NCBI GenBank assembly: GCA_034722955.1
Contig: JAYEOM010000042.1
Span: forward strand, 2,165 to 48,012
Length of the DNA: 45,848 nucleotides
Source of the DNA: Campylobacterota bacterium
GTDB taxonomy: Bacteria > Campylobacterota > Campylobacteria > Campylobacterales > Sulfurovaceae
Direction: 5' to 3'
The position numbers and the translations under genes are program-made. This document shows positions 19,039-29,158 of the stretch, in pieces (the first letter of the stretch is position 1; every line of letters begins with the position of its first letter). The notes beneath the pieces are model-generated. The model did not search any database, was not told the DNA's origin, and saw nothing but the letters and a program-made list of their open reading frames with translations.

Positions 19039-20382
19039 TTAACTATCTGTTTTATTGATCTTCTCATCAGCTTCTCTTAGGATAACTGTTGTAGCAGAAG
19101 TGTTGTCAAAATATTTTTTGGCAATACGGGTGATCTCTTCTACTGTAAGTCTATCCAATTTATCTTCATACTCTAGTAAAGGTTTGATATTTCCTTTAGA
19201 TAGGTACTCCCCAAAAAGTGAAGCAACATTGCTGGAACTCTCCAGAGAGTAGATGAAATCTGCTTTAGCATTGATCTTGAGCTTGTTTAGCTCTTCTTGG
19301 GTGACATCACCATCCTTGAGTCTCTCTAGCTCTGCCAAGATCTCTTTTTCTGCCTCTTCTGCCTTGATACCAGGATTGCATAGTGCCATGATCAGAAATA
19401 CACCTGGGTCTTTGAGTTGCATATTGTATGCAGTAACCATATTGACAAGATGCTTCTCATTTATCAAGTTCTTCTCTAGGCGGCTACTCTTACCAGCACT
19501 TAGTATTTCACTGATTGCTGAGAGTGCGACTTGATCATCATCCTCAAAATTGGGGATAGCATAAGTGATAGCAAGGGTATCAACTTTGTTGTTCTCTTTA
19601 TGAAGTATAGCTCGTTTAAAACCATCATTTTTGGGTTCAATAGCAGTCACTTTTGGAATAGTATGTCTATTTTTGATCGAGCCAAAATATCTCTCTGCTT
19701 CGCTATAGACTGTTTCTGGTTTGATATCTCCTGAGACTATCAAGATAGCATTTTCAGGCTGGTAGTATCGGTGATAGAACTCTTGGATATCTTCTATCTT
19801 CCATGATAGTATATCTTGCATAAATCCAATAGGCAGCCAATGGTATGGATGATAAGTGTACTGCATATTGAAGATTCTGAAATATAGATATCCCAATGGA
19901 TTGTTGTCAGTTCTCCATCGTCTCTCTTCGGCCACAACATCTCTCTCTTTTTGAAACTCTTCATCTTTGAGTAGGAGATTGTGCATCAATTCGCTAAAGA
20001 GTTCTAGTGTCATACCTAGATTTTTACTGGCAGTTTTGATGTAGTAGTGTGTCATATCAAAACCTGTGCTTGCATTGTTGACACCGCCATGACTCTTGAC
20101 AATAGTGTCAAACTCTCCAGCCTTGTATTTTTTGGTCGCCTTAAAACTCATATGCTCAAGCATATGGGCTATGCCACTTTTCCCCATGATTTCGTTACGA
20201 CTACCGACTCTATAGTAGATGTCACTTGTGATGACCCCAGAGCCGTTGTCCATTGGGATAACGACTACTTCCATCTTGTTCTCTAGTGTTTTGGTAAAAT
20301 ATTGTGGCAGTGAATGGGCCATTGTTACTCCTGTAGTGATCAATAGTGTATAGACTATTGTGTGAATGGTTCTCTTAAACAT
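19039..20382 (-). CDS. M16 family zinc peptidase
   Basis: HMLEH inverted zinc motif, NASTGFD; alternative start ATG 20322 has an AGGAG RBS. Confidence 0.92.
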   Translation of the reverse strand: MFKRTIHTIVYTLLITTGVTMAHSLPQYFTKTLENKMEVVVIPMDNGSGVITSDIYYRVGSRNEIMGKSGIAHMLEHMSFKATKKYKAGEFDTIVKSHGGVNNASTGFDMTHYYIKTASKNLGMTLELFSELMHNLLLKDEEFQKERDVVAEERRWRTDNNPLGYLYFRIFNMQYTYHPYHWLPIGFMQDILSWKIEDIQEFYHRYYQPENAILIVSGDIKPETVYSEAERYFGSIKNRHTIPKVTAIEPKNDGFKRAILHKENNKVDTLAITYAIPNFEDDDQVALSAISEILSAGKSSRLEKNLINEKHLVNMVTAYNMQLKDPGVFLIMALCNPGIKAEEAEKEILAELERLKDGDVTQEELNKLKINAKADFIYSLESSSNVASLFGEYLSKGNIKPLLEYEDKLDRLTVEEITRIAKKYFDNTSATTVILREADEKINKTDS

Positions 20383-21450
20383 CTACTCTCTCCAGTCAGC
20401 TCCAATGGCTTCAGAAATATGGCTATAGCCATCTGCTTTCAAAAGTTCCACCAGACCTTCATTGATATCTTTGATAAGTGTAGGACCTAAATAGATCAAC
20501 ATACTATAGACTTGCACCAGTGAAGCCCCTGCCTTTATACGGCGATAAGCCTCTTGGGCTGAATCTATCCCTCCAACACTAATAAGTGTTGTTTTTCCAT
20601 AAAGCTCTTTTGCCAAGGCTCTAAAGAGGCTGTAGCTCTTCTCCTTGAGTAACTCTCCGCTGATACCACCAAAATCTTTTGCATGTTCAGTGAGCGAATA
20701 GTCGATAGTTGTATTGGTGGCGATGATGCCGCTAGCTCCTGCATCGATAGCAACTTGACAGATAGATATGGCATCCTCAGGACTCATATCTGGAGCTATT
20801 TTGAGTAGGATAGGTCTATCTGTGATCTCTTTTGCTAGTTTAAAGAGAGCTGTGATAAATGATTCATTTTGCAAGTCTCTGAGACCAGGGGTATTTGGAG
20901 AGGAGATATTTATGACGATATAGCTGCCATAGTCTTTGAAAGCTTTGAGTAGTATCTCGTAATCCTCCAACGCTTCACCCTCAGGTGTGACTTTGTTCTT
21001 GCCTATATTGATACCGATAGGGTAGTCAAAAAAGTAGAGTTTTTTGAGGCGTTGAAGCATATAGTGGCTTCCTCTATTGTTGAATCCCATAGCGTTTTGA
21101 ATAGATCGATCTTCGATGAGACGAAATAGGCGAGGTTTGGTATTGCCATCTTGTGGTTTTGGTGTTACAGTTCCGATCTCAGTAAAGCCAAATCCCAAAG
21201 CAGGCATAGGTAGGATATACTGCCCATCTTTATCAAAACCTGCACCTAGTCCAACCGGATTTTCAAAGCTGTCACCCCAAAACTGCTGCTTTAGCATAGG
21301 GTCAGAGATGAAGTATATATTTTTGAAATATCTCATAAGAGGTGTGCAGTGAGCAATAGTTCTCAATCCAACTCCTGCAATAGCATGTGCAGTCTCAGGA
21401 TCAAATTTAAATAGTATTTTTTTGATGTTTCCGTAGGATAGTAGTGACAC
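20383..21450 (-). CDS. pyrD: Dihydroorotate dehydrogenase (quinone)
   Basis: NPVGLGAGFDK, GTVTPKPQDGN, NAMGFNN, NISSPNTPGLR, KIAPD. Confidence 0.97.
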   Translation of the reverse strand: MSLLSYGNIKKILFKFDPETAHAIAGVGLRTIAHCTPLMRYFKNIYFISDPMLKQQFWGDSFENPVGLGAGFDKDGQYILPMPALGFGFTEIGTVTPKPQDGNTKPRLFRLIEDRSIQNAMGFNNRGSHYMLQRLKKLYFFDYPIGINIGKNKVTPEGEALEDYEILLKAFKDYGSYIVINISSPNTPGLRDLQNESFITALFKLAKEITDRPILLKIAPDMSPEDAISICQVAIDAGASGIIATNTTIDYSLTEHAKDFGGISGELLKEKSYSLFRALAKELYGKTTLISVGGIDSAQEAYRRIKAGASLVQVYSMLIYLGPTLIKDINEGLVELLKADGYSHISEAIGADWRE

Positions 21451-21509
21451 AGGGTACTCCCAAAATAAAGTAGGATATTATATCCTAAAAATTTTAGAGG
21501 TACCTATAT

Positions 21510-21534
21510 ATTTCACCTCTCTAGGAGGTGAAAT
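21510..21534 (-). terminator. Hairpin terminator of FG-GAP gene 1
   Basis: ATTTCACCTC-tctag-GAGGTGAAAT; paralogous to 23132-23158. Confidence 0.75.
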
Positions 21535-21555
21535 TAGAGATCGTGAGCAGGAGCT

Positions 21556-22473
21556 CTATTTTCTAACTGTCAAAGTCTTTGCACCTATACCTTGGGAGTC
21601 TCTCTGACCAGTTATACCCATATGCCAGATGTAGTGTTGGTTGCAAACCTCTCTCTGCCATAATATATCAGAGTAGCCATCACCATCATAGTCTCCAACA
21701 CTTTTGACTACCATATAATCTTCTACTTGAATTTGAGAATCTATTTTACCATTTGCATCCATATGCCAAATGAAGTGTACGCCATTAGCATTTTTTTGCC
21801 AAATGATATCAGAGAAACCATCAGCATTGAAGTCTCCAGTCCCTTGGACTGTCAAAGTCTTTGCACCTATACCTTGCGAGTCTATTTGACCAGCGGCATT
21901 CATATGCCAGATATAGTGTCTAGCATCACCATCTCTCTGCCAGAGGATATCGGAGAAACCATCGCCATTGAAGTCTCCAATCCCTTTGACTACCATAGCA
22001 ACTTCACCTAGATCTTGAGAATCTCTTTGGCCATTTGCATCCATGTGCCAAAGATGGAGTTTGCCATTGATATTCTCTTGCCATAGGATATCGGAGAAAC
22101 CATCATTATCGAAGTCTCCAACCCCTTTGACTGTCATTCTGACTGCTCCCAAATCTAGCGTGCTTCTTTTTCCGTTTGCATCCATATACCAGATCGTGTG
22201 ACTATTGTCACTTTTTTTCTGCCATAGGATATCAGCGAAGCCATCACCATCAAAGTCTCCAGTCTCTTTGGGTACCAGATTAATCGCACCCTGAACTTGT
22301 GCATCTATCTTGCCATATGCATCCATATGCCAGACAAAGTGTACTTCACTGATATTCTTCTGCCAGAGAATATCAGAGTTCCCATCACCATTGAAGTCGT
22401 TTTGGACTGAAGTCGCAACAGCATCAAGGGTAAAAATCGTAAACATCGCAGTGATTATGACTTTTTTAAGCAT
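21556..22473 (-). CDS. Secreted FG-GAP/VCBS-repeat beta-propeller protein, paralogue 1
   Basis: Signal peptide plus six ~47-aa repeats GDFNGDGxSDILWQ...HxIWHMDAxG. Confidence 0.9.
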   Translation of the reverse strand: MLKKVIITAMFTIFTLDAVATSVQNDFNGDGNSDILWQKNISEVHFVWHMDAYGKIDAQVQGAINLVPKETGDFDGDGFADILWQKKSDNSHTIWYMDANGKRSTLDLGAVRMTVKGVGDFDNDGFSDILWQENINGKLHLWHMDANGQRDSQDLGEVAMVVKGIGDFNGDGFSDILWQRDGDARHYIWHMNAAGQIDSQGIGAKTLTVQGTGDFNADGFSDIIWQKNANGVHFIWHMDANGKIDSQIQVEDYMVVKSVGDYDGDGYSDILWQREVCNQHYIWHMGITGQRDSQGIGAKTLTVRK

Positions 22474-22586
22474 AATAAATCCTTTTCTTACAGAGTTGTG
22501 ATGGAGACAATAAAGTAAAATCTACCACCATTCAAGTATGATTATAATTGATATGTTCTGAATATAAACTTAGATTTTGACAAAAT

Positions 22587-22664
22587 ATTGCATACCTAAT
22601 GCAATCTCTTAAAAACAGAATATTAAAAAATATGATATAATACCTTATATCAATTAAAGGAGGT
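22587..22664 (+). promoter_or_regulatory. Inverted repeat, extended -10 promoter and strong RBS for the 22671 gene
   Basis: ATTGCAT-accta-ATGCAAT (22587-22605); TGATATAAT (22633-22641); AAAGGAGGT (22656-22664). Confidence 0.65.
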
Positions 22665-22670
22665 AAAAAA

Positions 22671-23126
22671 ATGGTAGTAAAATCAAGAGATAAATTAGCA
22701 CAAAAGCGTTCAATAAGAGGGTATGCCAAACAAGCAGAGTCCAATAAGCTGTTGGCACTGTTGTCAGAGGTACCAGACTACAGAAAACCTCAGGGCAAAA
22801 GACATAACTTAGGGCATATTCTCTATCTATCAATTTTAGCAGGACTGATGGGTGCAACAGACTATAAACAGATATCTATCTGGATAGGGAAACATATCCA
22901 AAAAGAGCAGATCAAAAAACTTTTGGGTGTAGAGTTTATTCTTACTCCAAAGAAGAGTGCCATATCGAGTATCCTATCAAAAGTTGACAGCGAAGCACTC
23001 AAGCTTCTCTTTAGAGAGTGGATAAGAGCTTATGCTGAGACAACAGGGGAAGATCTACAGGCCATGATAGGAGATTTTGGAGATGAGTTTATCTTTACTT
23101 TTGATGCTATTACCCAAAAAAACTAA
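22671..23126 (+). CDS. ISAs1-family transposase-derived protein (N-terminal transposase-associated domain; catalytic core deleted)
   Basis: VPDYRKPQGKRHNL..IL.L..LA.L.G...Y..I..W is the ISAs1/H-repeat N-terminal signature. No IDGK motif. Ends IFTFDAITQKN at CAAAAAAAC. Confidence 0.8.
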   Translation: MVVKSRDKLAQKRSIRGYAKQAESNKLLALLSEVPDYRKPQGKRHNLGHILYLSILAGLMGATDYKQISIWIGKHIQKEQIKKLLGVEFILTPKKSAISSILSKVDSEALKLLFREWIRAYAETTGEDLQAMIGDFGDEFIFTFDAITQKN

Positions 23127-23131
23127 ATATG

Positions 23132-23158
23132 CATTTCACCTCTAAGAGAGATGAAATG
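23132..23158. terminator. Hairpin between the convergent ISAs1-derived gene and FG-GAP gene 2
   Basis: CATTTCACCTC-taaga-GAGATGAAATG (the mismatch is a G-U pair on minus). Confidence 0.7.
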
Positions 23159-23176
23159 AGAGAGGCCAGAGTGAGA

Positions 23177-24124
23177 TTAATCTCTAACCATCATATAGTT
23201 TGCACCTATACCTTGTACATTTATCCAGCCAAGTTCATCCATATGCCAGATGAAGTGTATGCCATTAGTATGTTTTTGCCAGAGGATATCGGAGTAGCCA
23301 TCACCATTGTAGTCTCCAATACTTCTAACTAAAAAATTCTTTCCACCTTGAACTTGTGAATCTATTTTGCCAAATTCATTCATATGCCAGATGAAGTGTA
23401 CGCCATTATCATTTTTCTGCCAGAGGATATCGGAGTTGCCATCACCATTGAAATCTCCAACCCCTTTGACTGTCATATAGTTTGCACCTATGCCTAGTGT
23501 ACCTATCTGTCCACTTGCATCCATAAGCCAGATGAAGTGTCTCTCGTCACTACTTCTCTGCCATAGGATATCAGAGTTGCCATCACCATTGAAATCTCCG
23601 GCTCCTTTGACAGCAAAGGTCTTTGCTCCTAGAGCTTGACTTGCACCTACTCTGCCATCTGCATCCATGTGCCAGAGATGGTGCCCACCATGGATATTTC
23701 CTTGCCAGATAATATCAGAGAAACCATCACCATTGAAATCTCCAATGGCTTTGACTGTCATGTGATCTGCACCTATTCCCTGTTGCCCCGGATCTGTCGG
23801 ATCTGCAAGATCATATATTCTACCATTTGCATCCATATGCCAAATGAAGTGTCTCTTATCACTATCTCTCTGCCATAGGATATCAGAGTAACCATCACCA
23901 TTGAAATCTCCGGTCCCTTGAACTGTCATAGTAGCTCCACCTTGAACTTGTGAATCTATTTTGCCAGCTGCACTCATGTGCCATATAAAATGCACATCAT
24001 TATCATTTTTCTGCCAGAGTATATCTGAGTTACCATCACCGTCAAAGTCGTTTTTGACAGAAGTAGCAGCAGCATCAAGAGCAAAAACAGTAAACACTGT
24101 AGCTAACATTACTTTTTTATACAT
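23177..24124 (-). CDS. Secreted FG-GAP/VCBS-repeat beta-propeller protein, paralogue 2
   Basis: Same signal peptide style and six repeats; insertion DLADPTDPGQ after repeat 2. Confidence 0.9.
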   Translation of the reverse strand: MYKKVMLATVFTVFALDAAATSVKNDFDGDGNSDILWQKNDNDVHFIWHMSAAGKIDSQVQGGATMTVQGTGDFNGDGYSDILWQRDSDKRHFIWHMDANGRIYDLADPTDPGQQGIGADHMTVKAIGDFNGDGFSDIIWQGNIHGGHHLWHMDADGRVGASQALGAKTFAVKGAGDFNGDGNSDILWQRSSDERHFIWLMDASGQIGTLGIGANYMTVKGVGDFNGDGNSDILWQKNDNGVHFIWHMNEFGKIDSQVQGGKNFLVRSIGDYNGDGYSDILWQKHTNGIHFIWHMDELGWINVQGIGANYMMVRD

Positions 24125-24267
24125 AGTAAACCTTTATCATGTTTGAAATTTTTGATGAGGGTGTAAGTGACTATGCCACCATCAAAATATGAGTATAATT
24201 ATATTCAATATTTCTGAATATAGACTTGAATTAAAAAAAATATTTATAATTAGTTAAATTATATTGA

Positions 24268-24720
24268 TTAACGCAATCTTCTCTCTCGAACACTGTTTAT
24301 TTTCAAAACAGTTGAGGCAGAGTTGTTCTCTTTATGGTTTGGATATCCTATGATTACATCTGCCCCATCAGAAGCAAACTTCTCATCAAACTCTTCACCG
24401 CTGAGATTGGCAGAGGTGGTATAGACCCAGCCAAGTTTCTGTATCAGCAGCAGATGCCTTCTCTCTTTGATGATGCGATAGGAGTCTCCGCTAGGAAAGA
24501 TAAAAGTTGTCTGCTTTGCTCTTCGTAGAAGATTTTTCTGTTTTTGGGGTACTCTGACGAAAGATGTAAGCTGCTGTAGGGAGGGTAGGGCTTTGATATA
24601 GTGTTTGTAGGGTGGTCTCTGCTTGAGAGTAGTCAATCTATCAGCATTTTGTGAGACAAAACCGATAGTAGTGTCGGTTTGTGTCAAAAATATATAATCT
24701 CTAAATGAGTTACAAAGCAC
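24268..24720 (-). CDS. Sua5/YciO/YrdC family protein (TsaC-like)
   Basis: TQTDTTIGF, TSANLSG, STVL; follows carB. Confidence 0.85.
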   Translation of the reverse strand: MLCNSFRDYIFLTQTDTTIGFVSQNADRLTTLKQRPPYKHYIKALPSLQQLTSFVRVPQKQKNLLRRAKQTTFIFPSGDSYRIIKERRHLLLIQKLGWVYTTSANLSGEEFDEKFASDGADVIIGYPNHKENNSASTVLKINSVRERRLR

Positions 24721-24731
24721 TGTATGGTGAC

Positions 24732-27700
24732 TTAGGAGAGATAATCTTGAAGTGCTTTTGGCTCTAGTGTACCATTGGCAGCTTTGAGCTCCTTGATCGC
24801 TAGGGCTGTTGCTTTTGCTGCTGCTATGGTTGTAAAATAGGCAACACTATTGCTCAATACTGATTGCCTTATGGCTCTAGCATCATCTTTGCTCGCTTTG
24901 TTGTCACTAGTGTTTATGGCTAAAGCTATCTCTTCATTTCGGATCATATCATCAATATTTGGACGACCTTCTGAGATCTTGAGTACTTTAGTAGCTTTTA
25001 CATCAGCCTCCTCTAGTGCCTTGTGTGTACCAGATGTAGCTACTATCTCAAAGCCAAGATCAGTAAACATTTTGCCGACCTCTCTGGCATGCTGCTTATC
25101 ACTCTTGGTAAGAGAGATAAATAGTTTTCCTTCGAGTGGTATATTGTTTTTACTCGCAAACTGACTCTTGGCAAAACTCATCCCAAAGGTCTCGGAGATA
25201 CCCATCACTTCACCGGTAGATTTCATCTCAGGTCCCAGTATGAGATCAGATCCTGGAAGTTTGTTGAATGGGAATACAGCCTCTTTGACTGCAACAAGAT
25301 CTTTGAGATTTGGCTCCATGATCTTCTTGTCAAAGTTGACAACACCAAAGGTGTCATAATAGGCGAGAGCCTCTCTCAGGTCGCCTTGTAGCATGACTCT
25401 TGTTGCGACTTTTGCTAGAGGAACACCAGTTGCTTTGGAGACAAATGGTACAGTTCTGGATGCTCTAGGATTTACCTCTATGAGATAAATTTCTCCTTTA
25501 TGAATAGCATACTGTATATTCATCAATCCTATGACCCCTAATCCTAGTGCGATATCTGCTGTCTGTAGTTTTACCTCCTCTTGCAACTCTTCAGAGATAG
25601 AGACAGGTGGCAGTGAACAGGCAGAGTCACCCGAGTGTATACCTGCCTCTTCGATATGCTGCATAACTGAACCGATATAGAGATCTGTTCCATCACAGAT
25701 CGCATCTACATCCAACTCGATCGCATTATCAAGAAACTTATCTATGAGTACGGGAGCATCATTGGAGACGCTCACCGCTTCATCCATATACTCTCTGAGT
25801 TCCGTATCATTGTAGACTGTACGCATTCCACGACCACCTAGTACAAAACTTGGCCTTACAAGTACAGGATAACCTATGCGATTGGCGATAGTCATCGCCT
25901 CATCTTTGGCAAAAGCTGTACCGTTATCCGGTTGTTTTAGCCCTAGTTTATTGATAAAAGTAGAAAACTTCTCTCTATCTTCTGCCAAATCGATCACTTT
26001 TGCTGTTGTTCCAGAGATGTTGGCACCTATGGCTGTAAGATTTTTGGCAAGCTTGAGTGGGGTCTGTCCGCCAAAGTGTACGATGACCCCATCTGGCTGC
26101 TCTAACTCTATGACATTTCTAACATGCTCAAAGTCTATAGGTTCAAAATATAGGATATCTGAAGTATCATAGTCTGTTGAGACAGTTTCAGGATTGCAGT
26201 TGTACATGATAGACTTGATCCCCATATCTTCTAGTGCAAAAGCTGCATGAACACAACAGTAGTCAAACTCAATACCTTGACCGATGCGGTTGGGACCACC
26301 ACCTATCACAAGTACTTTTTTATCAGCAGAGTTGAGACTCTTAGCGTTTGGAAATTTTGTGATATTTGTAGTGGAGTAGAGATAAGGGGTAAGTGCTTTG
26401 AACTCTGCTGCACAAGTATCTACCTCATTGTACTCAAGCACTACACCCAGTTTTTCTCTGGCCCTATAGATATCATTCTCTCCGAGGGAGAGACCCTCTT
26501 TTTGATTTAGTATATATGCTATCATTGCATCTGAGAAACCTTCACTTTTGATCTTTCTCAATCTAATCTCATCTGAGAGTATTTCGATATCCATATCCTG
26601 TTCACTAGCAGCAAGCTCTTCAAACTGATAGAGGAACCACTTGTCAATTTTGCATAGATCATAGATGACATCAACTGTCATACCGCGTCTAAGGGCTTCA
26701 AACAGATATAGTATTCGTCCTTCATGAGATCGTCTGATCTCTCGAACAAGCTCTTCTCCATCACATGATACTGGATCAAAACCGATAAGTCCTATCTCGA
26801 GAGAGCAGAGTGCTTTTTGGAAAGACTCTTTAAATGTACGACCCATACTCATCACTTCACCTACACTCTTCATCGCAGTGGTAAGTGTACTATCAGCCAT
26901 AGGAAACTTTTCAAAAGTAAAACGAGGCAGTTTAGTGACAATATAATCAATCACCGGTTCAAAACTAGCCGGTGTACCTGTGATATCATTGGTGATCTCA
27001 TCTAGCGTATATCCTACTGCTAGTAGTGTAGCAACTTTGGCAATAGGATAACCTGTCGCCTTAGATGCCAAGGCAGAAGATCTGCTAACCCTAGGATTCA
27101 TCTCTATAACTATCATACGACCTGTATCGGGATCGATGGAGAACTGTACATTGGATCCACCTGTATCTACACCTACTTCACGAAGTATTTTGAAAGATGC
27201 ATCTCTCATTCTCTGGTACTCTTTGTCTGTCAGTGTCAGTGCAGGGGCTATGGTAATACTATCACCGGTATGCACTCCCATAGGATCAAGATTTTCGATG
27301 GAACATACTATAATACAGTTGTCAACTCTATCACGAATAACCTCCATCTCATACTCTTTCCATCCCAAGAGAGACTCTTCGATGAGGATCTCAGAGATAG
27401 GACTGGCTTCAAGACCGCCTTTGACTATCTCTTTATACTCATCCATATTATAGGCAACTCCGGAACCTCCACCTGCTAGGGTATAAGATGCACGGATAAT
27501 GAGTGGAAATCCTATATTTTTTGCTGCATCTAGTGCTTCATCTATGTTGTAGGCATATTGAGATATGGGAAGATCCATCCCTATCTTGATCATAGCCTTT
27601 TTAAACTCTTGACGATCTTCACCCTTTGTGATGGCTTCAGGGGTAGCACCTAGAAATTCAATATCATTTAGCATACCTTTTTCATGCATGCTCATAGCCA

Positions 27701-27992
27701 CATTGAGTGCTGTCTGACCTCCCATAGTAGGGAGGATAGCATCAACACTCTCTTTTTTGATGATCTTGGCGATTACATCTTCTGTAATCGGTTCAATGTA
27801 AGTTCGATGTGCAAATTCAGGATCTGTCATGATAGTTGCAGGATTAGAGTTGATCAAGACAACTTTATACCCGAGCTCTTTGAGTGTTTTAGCTGCTTGT
27901 GTTCCTGAGTAGTCAAATTCGCAGGCTTGACCGATCACAATAGGACCGGAACCGATAAGTAAAATTGTTTTGATATCTTCGCGTTTTGGCAT
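24732..27992 (-). CDS. carB: Carbamoyl-phosphate synthase large subunit
   Basis: [24 protein letters not shown], duplicated ATP-grasp domains, C-terminal MGS domain. Confidence 0.99.
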   Translation of the reverse strand: MPKREDIKTILLIGSGPIVIGQACEFDYSGTQAAKTLKELGYKVVLINSNPATIMTDPEFAHRTYIEPITEDVIAKIIKKESVDAILPTMGGQTALNVAMSMHEKGMLNDIEFLGATPEAITKGEDRQEFKKAMIKIGMDLPISQYAYNIDEALDAAKNIGFPLIIRASYTLAGGGSGVAYNMDEYKEIVKGGLEASPISEILIEESLLGWKEYEMEVIRDRVDNCIIVCSIENLDPMGVHTGDSITIAPALTLTDKEYQRMRDASFKILREVGVDTGGSNVQFSIDPDTGRMIVIEMNPRVSRSSALASKATGYPIAKVATLLAVGYTLDEITNDITGTPASFEPVIDYIVTKLPRFTFEKFPMADSTLTTAMKSVGEVMSMGRTFKESFQKALCSLEIGLIGFDPVSCDGEELVREIRRSHEGRILYLFEALRRGMTVDVIYDLCKIDKWFLYQFEELAASEQDMDIEILSDEIRLRKIKSEGFSDAMIAYILNQKEGLSLGENDIYRAREKLGVVLEYNEVDTCAAEFKALTPYLYSTTNITKFPNAKSLNSADKKVLVIGGGPNRIGQGIEFDYCCVHAAFALEDMGIKSIMYNCNPETVSTDYDTSDILYFEPIDFEHVRNVIELEQPDGVIVHFGGQTPLKLAKNLTAIGANISGTTAKVIDLAEDREKFSTFINKLGLKQPDNGTAFAKDEAMTIANRIGYPVLVRPSFVLGGRGMRTVYNDTELREYMDEAVSVSNDAPVLIDKFLDNAIELDVDAICDGTDLYIGSVMQHIEEAGIHSGDSACSLPPVSISEELQEEVKLQTADIALGLGVIGLMNIQYAIHKGEIYLIEVNPRASRTVPFVSKATGVPLAKVATRVMLQGDLREALAYYDTFGVVNFDKKIMEPNLKDLVAVKEAVFPFNKLPGSDLILGPEMKSTGEVMGISETFGMSFAKSQFASKNNIPLEGKLFISLTKSDKQHAREVGKMFTDLGFEIVATSGTHKALEEADVKATKVLKISEGRPNIDDMIRNEEIALAINTSDNKASKDDARAIRQSVLSNSVAYFTTIAAAKATALAIKELKAANGTLEPKALQDYLS

Positions 27993-28060
27993 AGTGGAGT
28001 TAACCTTGAGTTTTAGTTTTGTATTATACTAAATCATTGGTTAATACCCCCTGCAAGAGG

Positions 28061-29158
28061 TTAAAACATATCTAAGTTTTCAACCTTTGGTCTCGCTTTG
28101 GGTTTTTTCCTCTTTTTGACTGGTTGTCGTATAGCTGCTACCGGTTGCTGTATAGCTTCTGCCGGTGGCTGCATCTGCTCTGAACTAACCTCCTCCTCTA
28201 CTGTCTGGGTAACCGTTTTGTTCTCTTCGGGCAGTACAGATGGGATACTTGAAATTGCAGGATTGAGCATCTCATCAAGGCTTGCAATAGTTGGAAAAGT
28301 TTGATTTTGATCCTCTGTTGATCGGTTACTATCGCTACAGTTACAATCTGAAATATATCTACCATCAAATTTTGATGTAAGTGTCACTAAAGGATCTTTG
28401 ATAAGATAAAAATAATCAGGATGAAGCACATCGGCATAGGCTCTGATATAGGCTATTTTGTAACTACTCTCTATCTCAACCCTATCGACTACTCCTACAG
28501 GGATATCAGCAAAAAAGATAGTATCCAATCCACTCGTAACAACTTTGTCTCCCTTTTTTATCTCAGCCCATTTTGGTATAAACTTGACATACATCTCTTT
28601 CGCATCTATACCTATCACTATACCTGCAGCTCTATTTTCACCGACAAAAACAGAGAAACGGCATTTATTGTTTGATGTTAGAGCACCATAGAGATTGTTG
28701 TTGTGTATATGTGCGACACCTGCGGCTACATTGCCTTGAATCAGTCCATAGAGTCTCTTCTTGTCTCCCTGCAAACCTTCTGGCTTTGTCAATATAACTT
28801 GACTGAAACTGTTTAGCTTTACATAAGAGATAGCTTGGACTATCTCTACGCTTCTTCGAGGTATTCTCTCTAGTGAAGGAATTCGTCTATAGAGGTCTCT
28901 AACCTGTTTGATATAGTGTTTCTGTTCTAGTAGTCTCTTACGAAGAAATTTATTCTCTTTTGTAAGCTTTTGAATACTCTCTTTCTGGTAGACATAGCTT
29001 TTACTTTTATCCTCTACATCTCTGGTGATATTGGTATAAGTCTGTTTTACTGGATTGATAATAGAGAGTAGCATATCAACAATTTTGCCATCATTTCTTG
29101 TCATGACAAGCATCATAACAAGCAGAAGTAGGATGATAGCAAGAATTTTAGTCTTCAT
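28061..29158 (-). CDS. mreC: Rod shape-determining protein MreC
   Basis: N-terminal TM, coiled coil, GDKVVTSGLD..F; overlaps mreB. Confidence 0.92.
   Translation of the reverse strand: MKTKILAIILLLLVMMLVMTRNDGKIVDMLLSIINPVKQTYTNITRDVEDKSKSYVYQKESIQKLTKENKFLRKRLLEQKHYIKQVRDLYRRIPSLERIPRRSVEIVQAISYVKLNSFSQVILTKPEGLQGDKKRLYGLIQGNVAAGVAHIHNNNLYGALTSNNKCRFSVFVGENRAAGIVIGIDAKEMYVKFIPKWAEIKKGDKVVTSGLDTIFFADIPVGVVDRVEIESSYKIAYIRAYADVLHPDYFYLIKDPLVTLTSKFDGRYISDCNCSDSNRSTEDQNQTFPTIASLDEMLNPAISSIPSVLPEENKTVTQTVEEEVSSEQMQPPAEAIQQPVAAIRQPVKKRKKPKARPKVENLDMF

Noticed and set aside
22671..23126. Active IS element
   Set aside because: No complete DDE triad, no orfB after the A7 run, and no terminal IRs or target duplication seen.
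21556..24124. CRISPR array or DGR template/variable repeats
   Set aside because: The repeats are in-frame ~141-nt protein repeats; no cas or reverse transcriptase gene is present, and I saw no adenine-specific variation.
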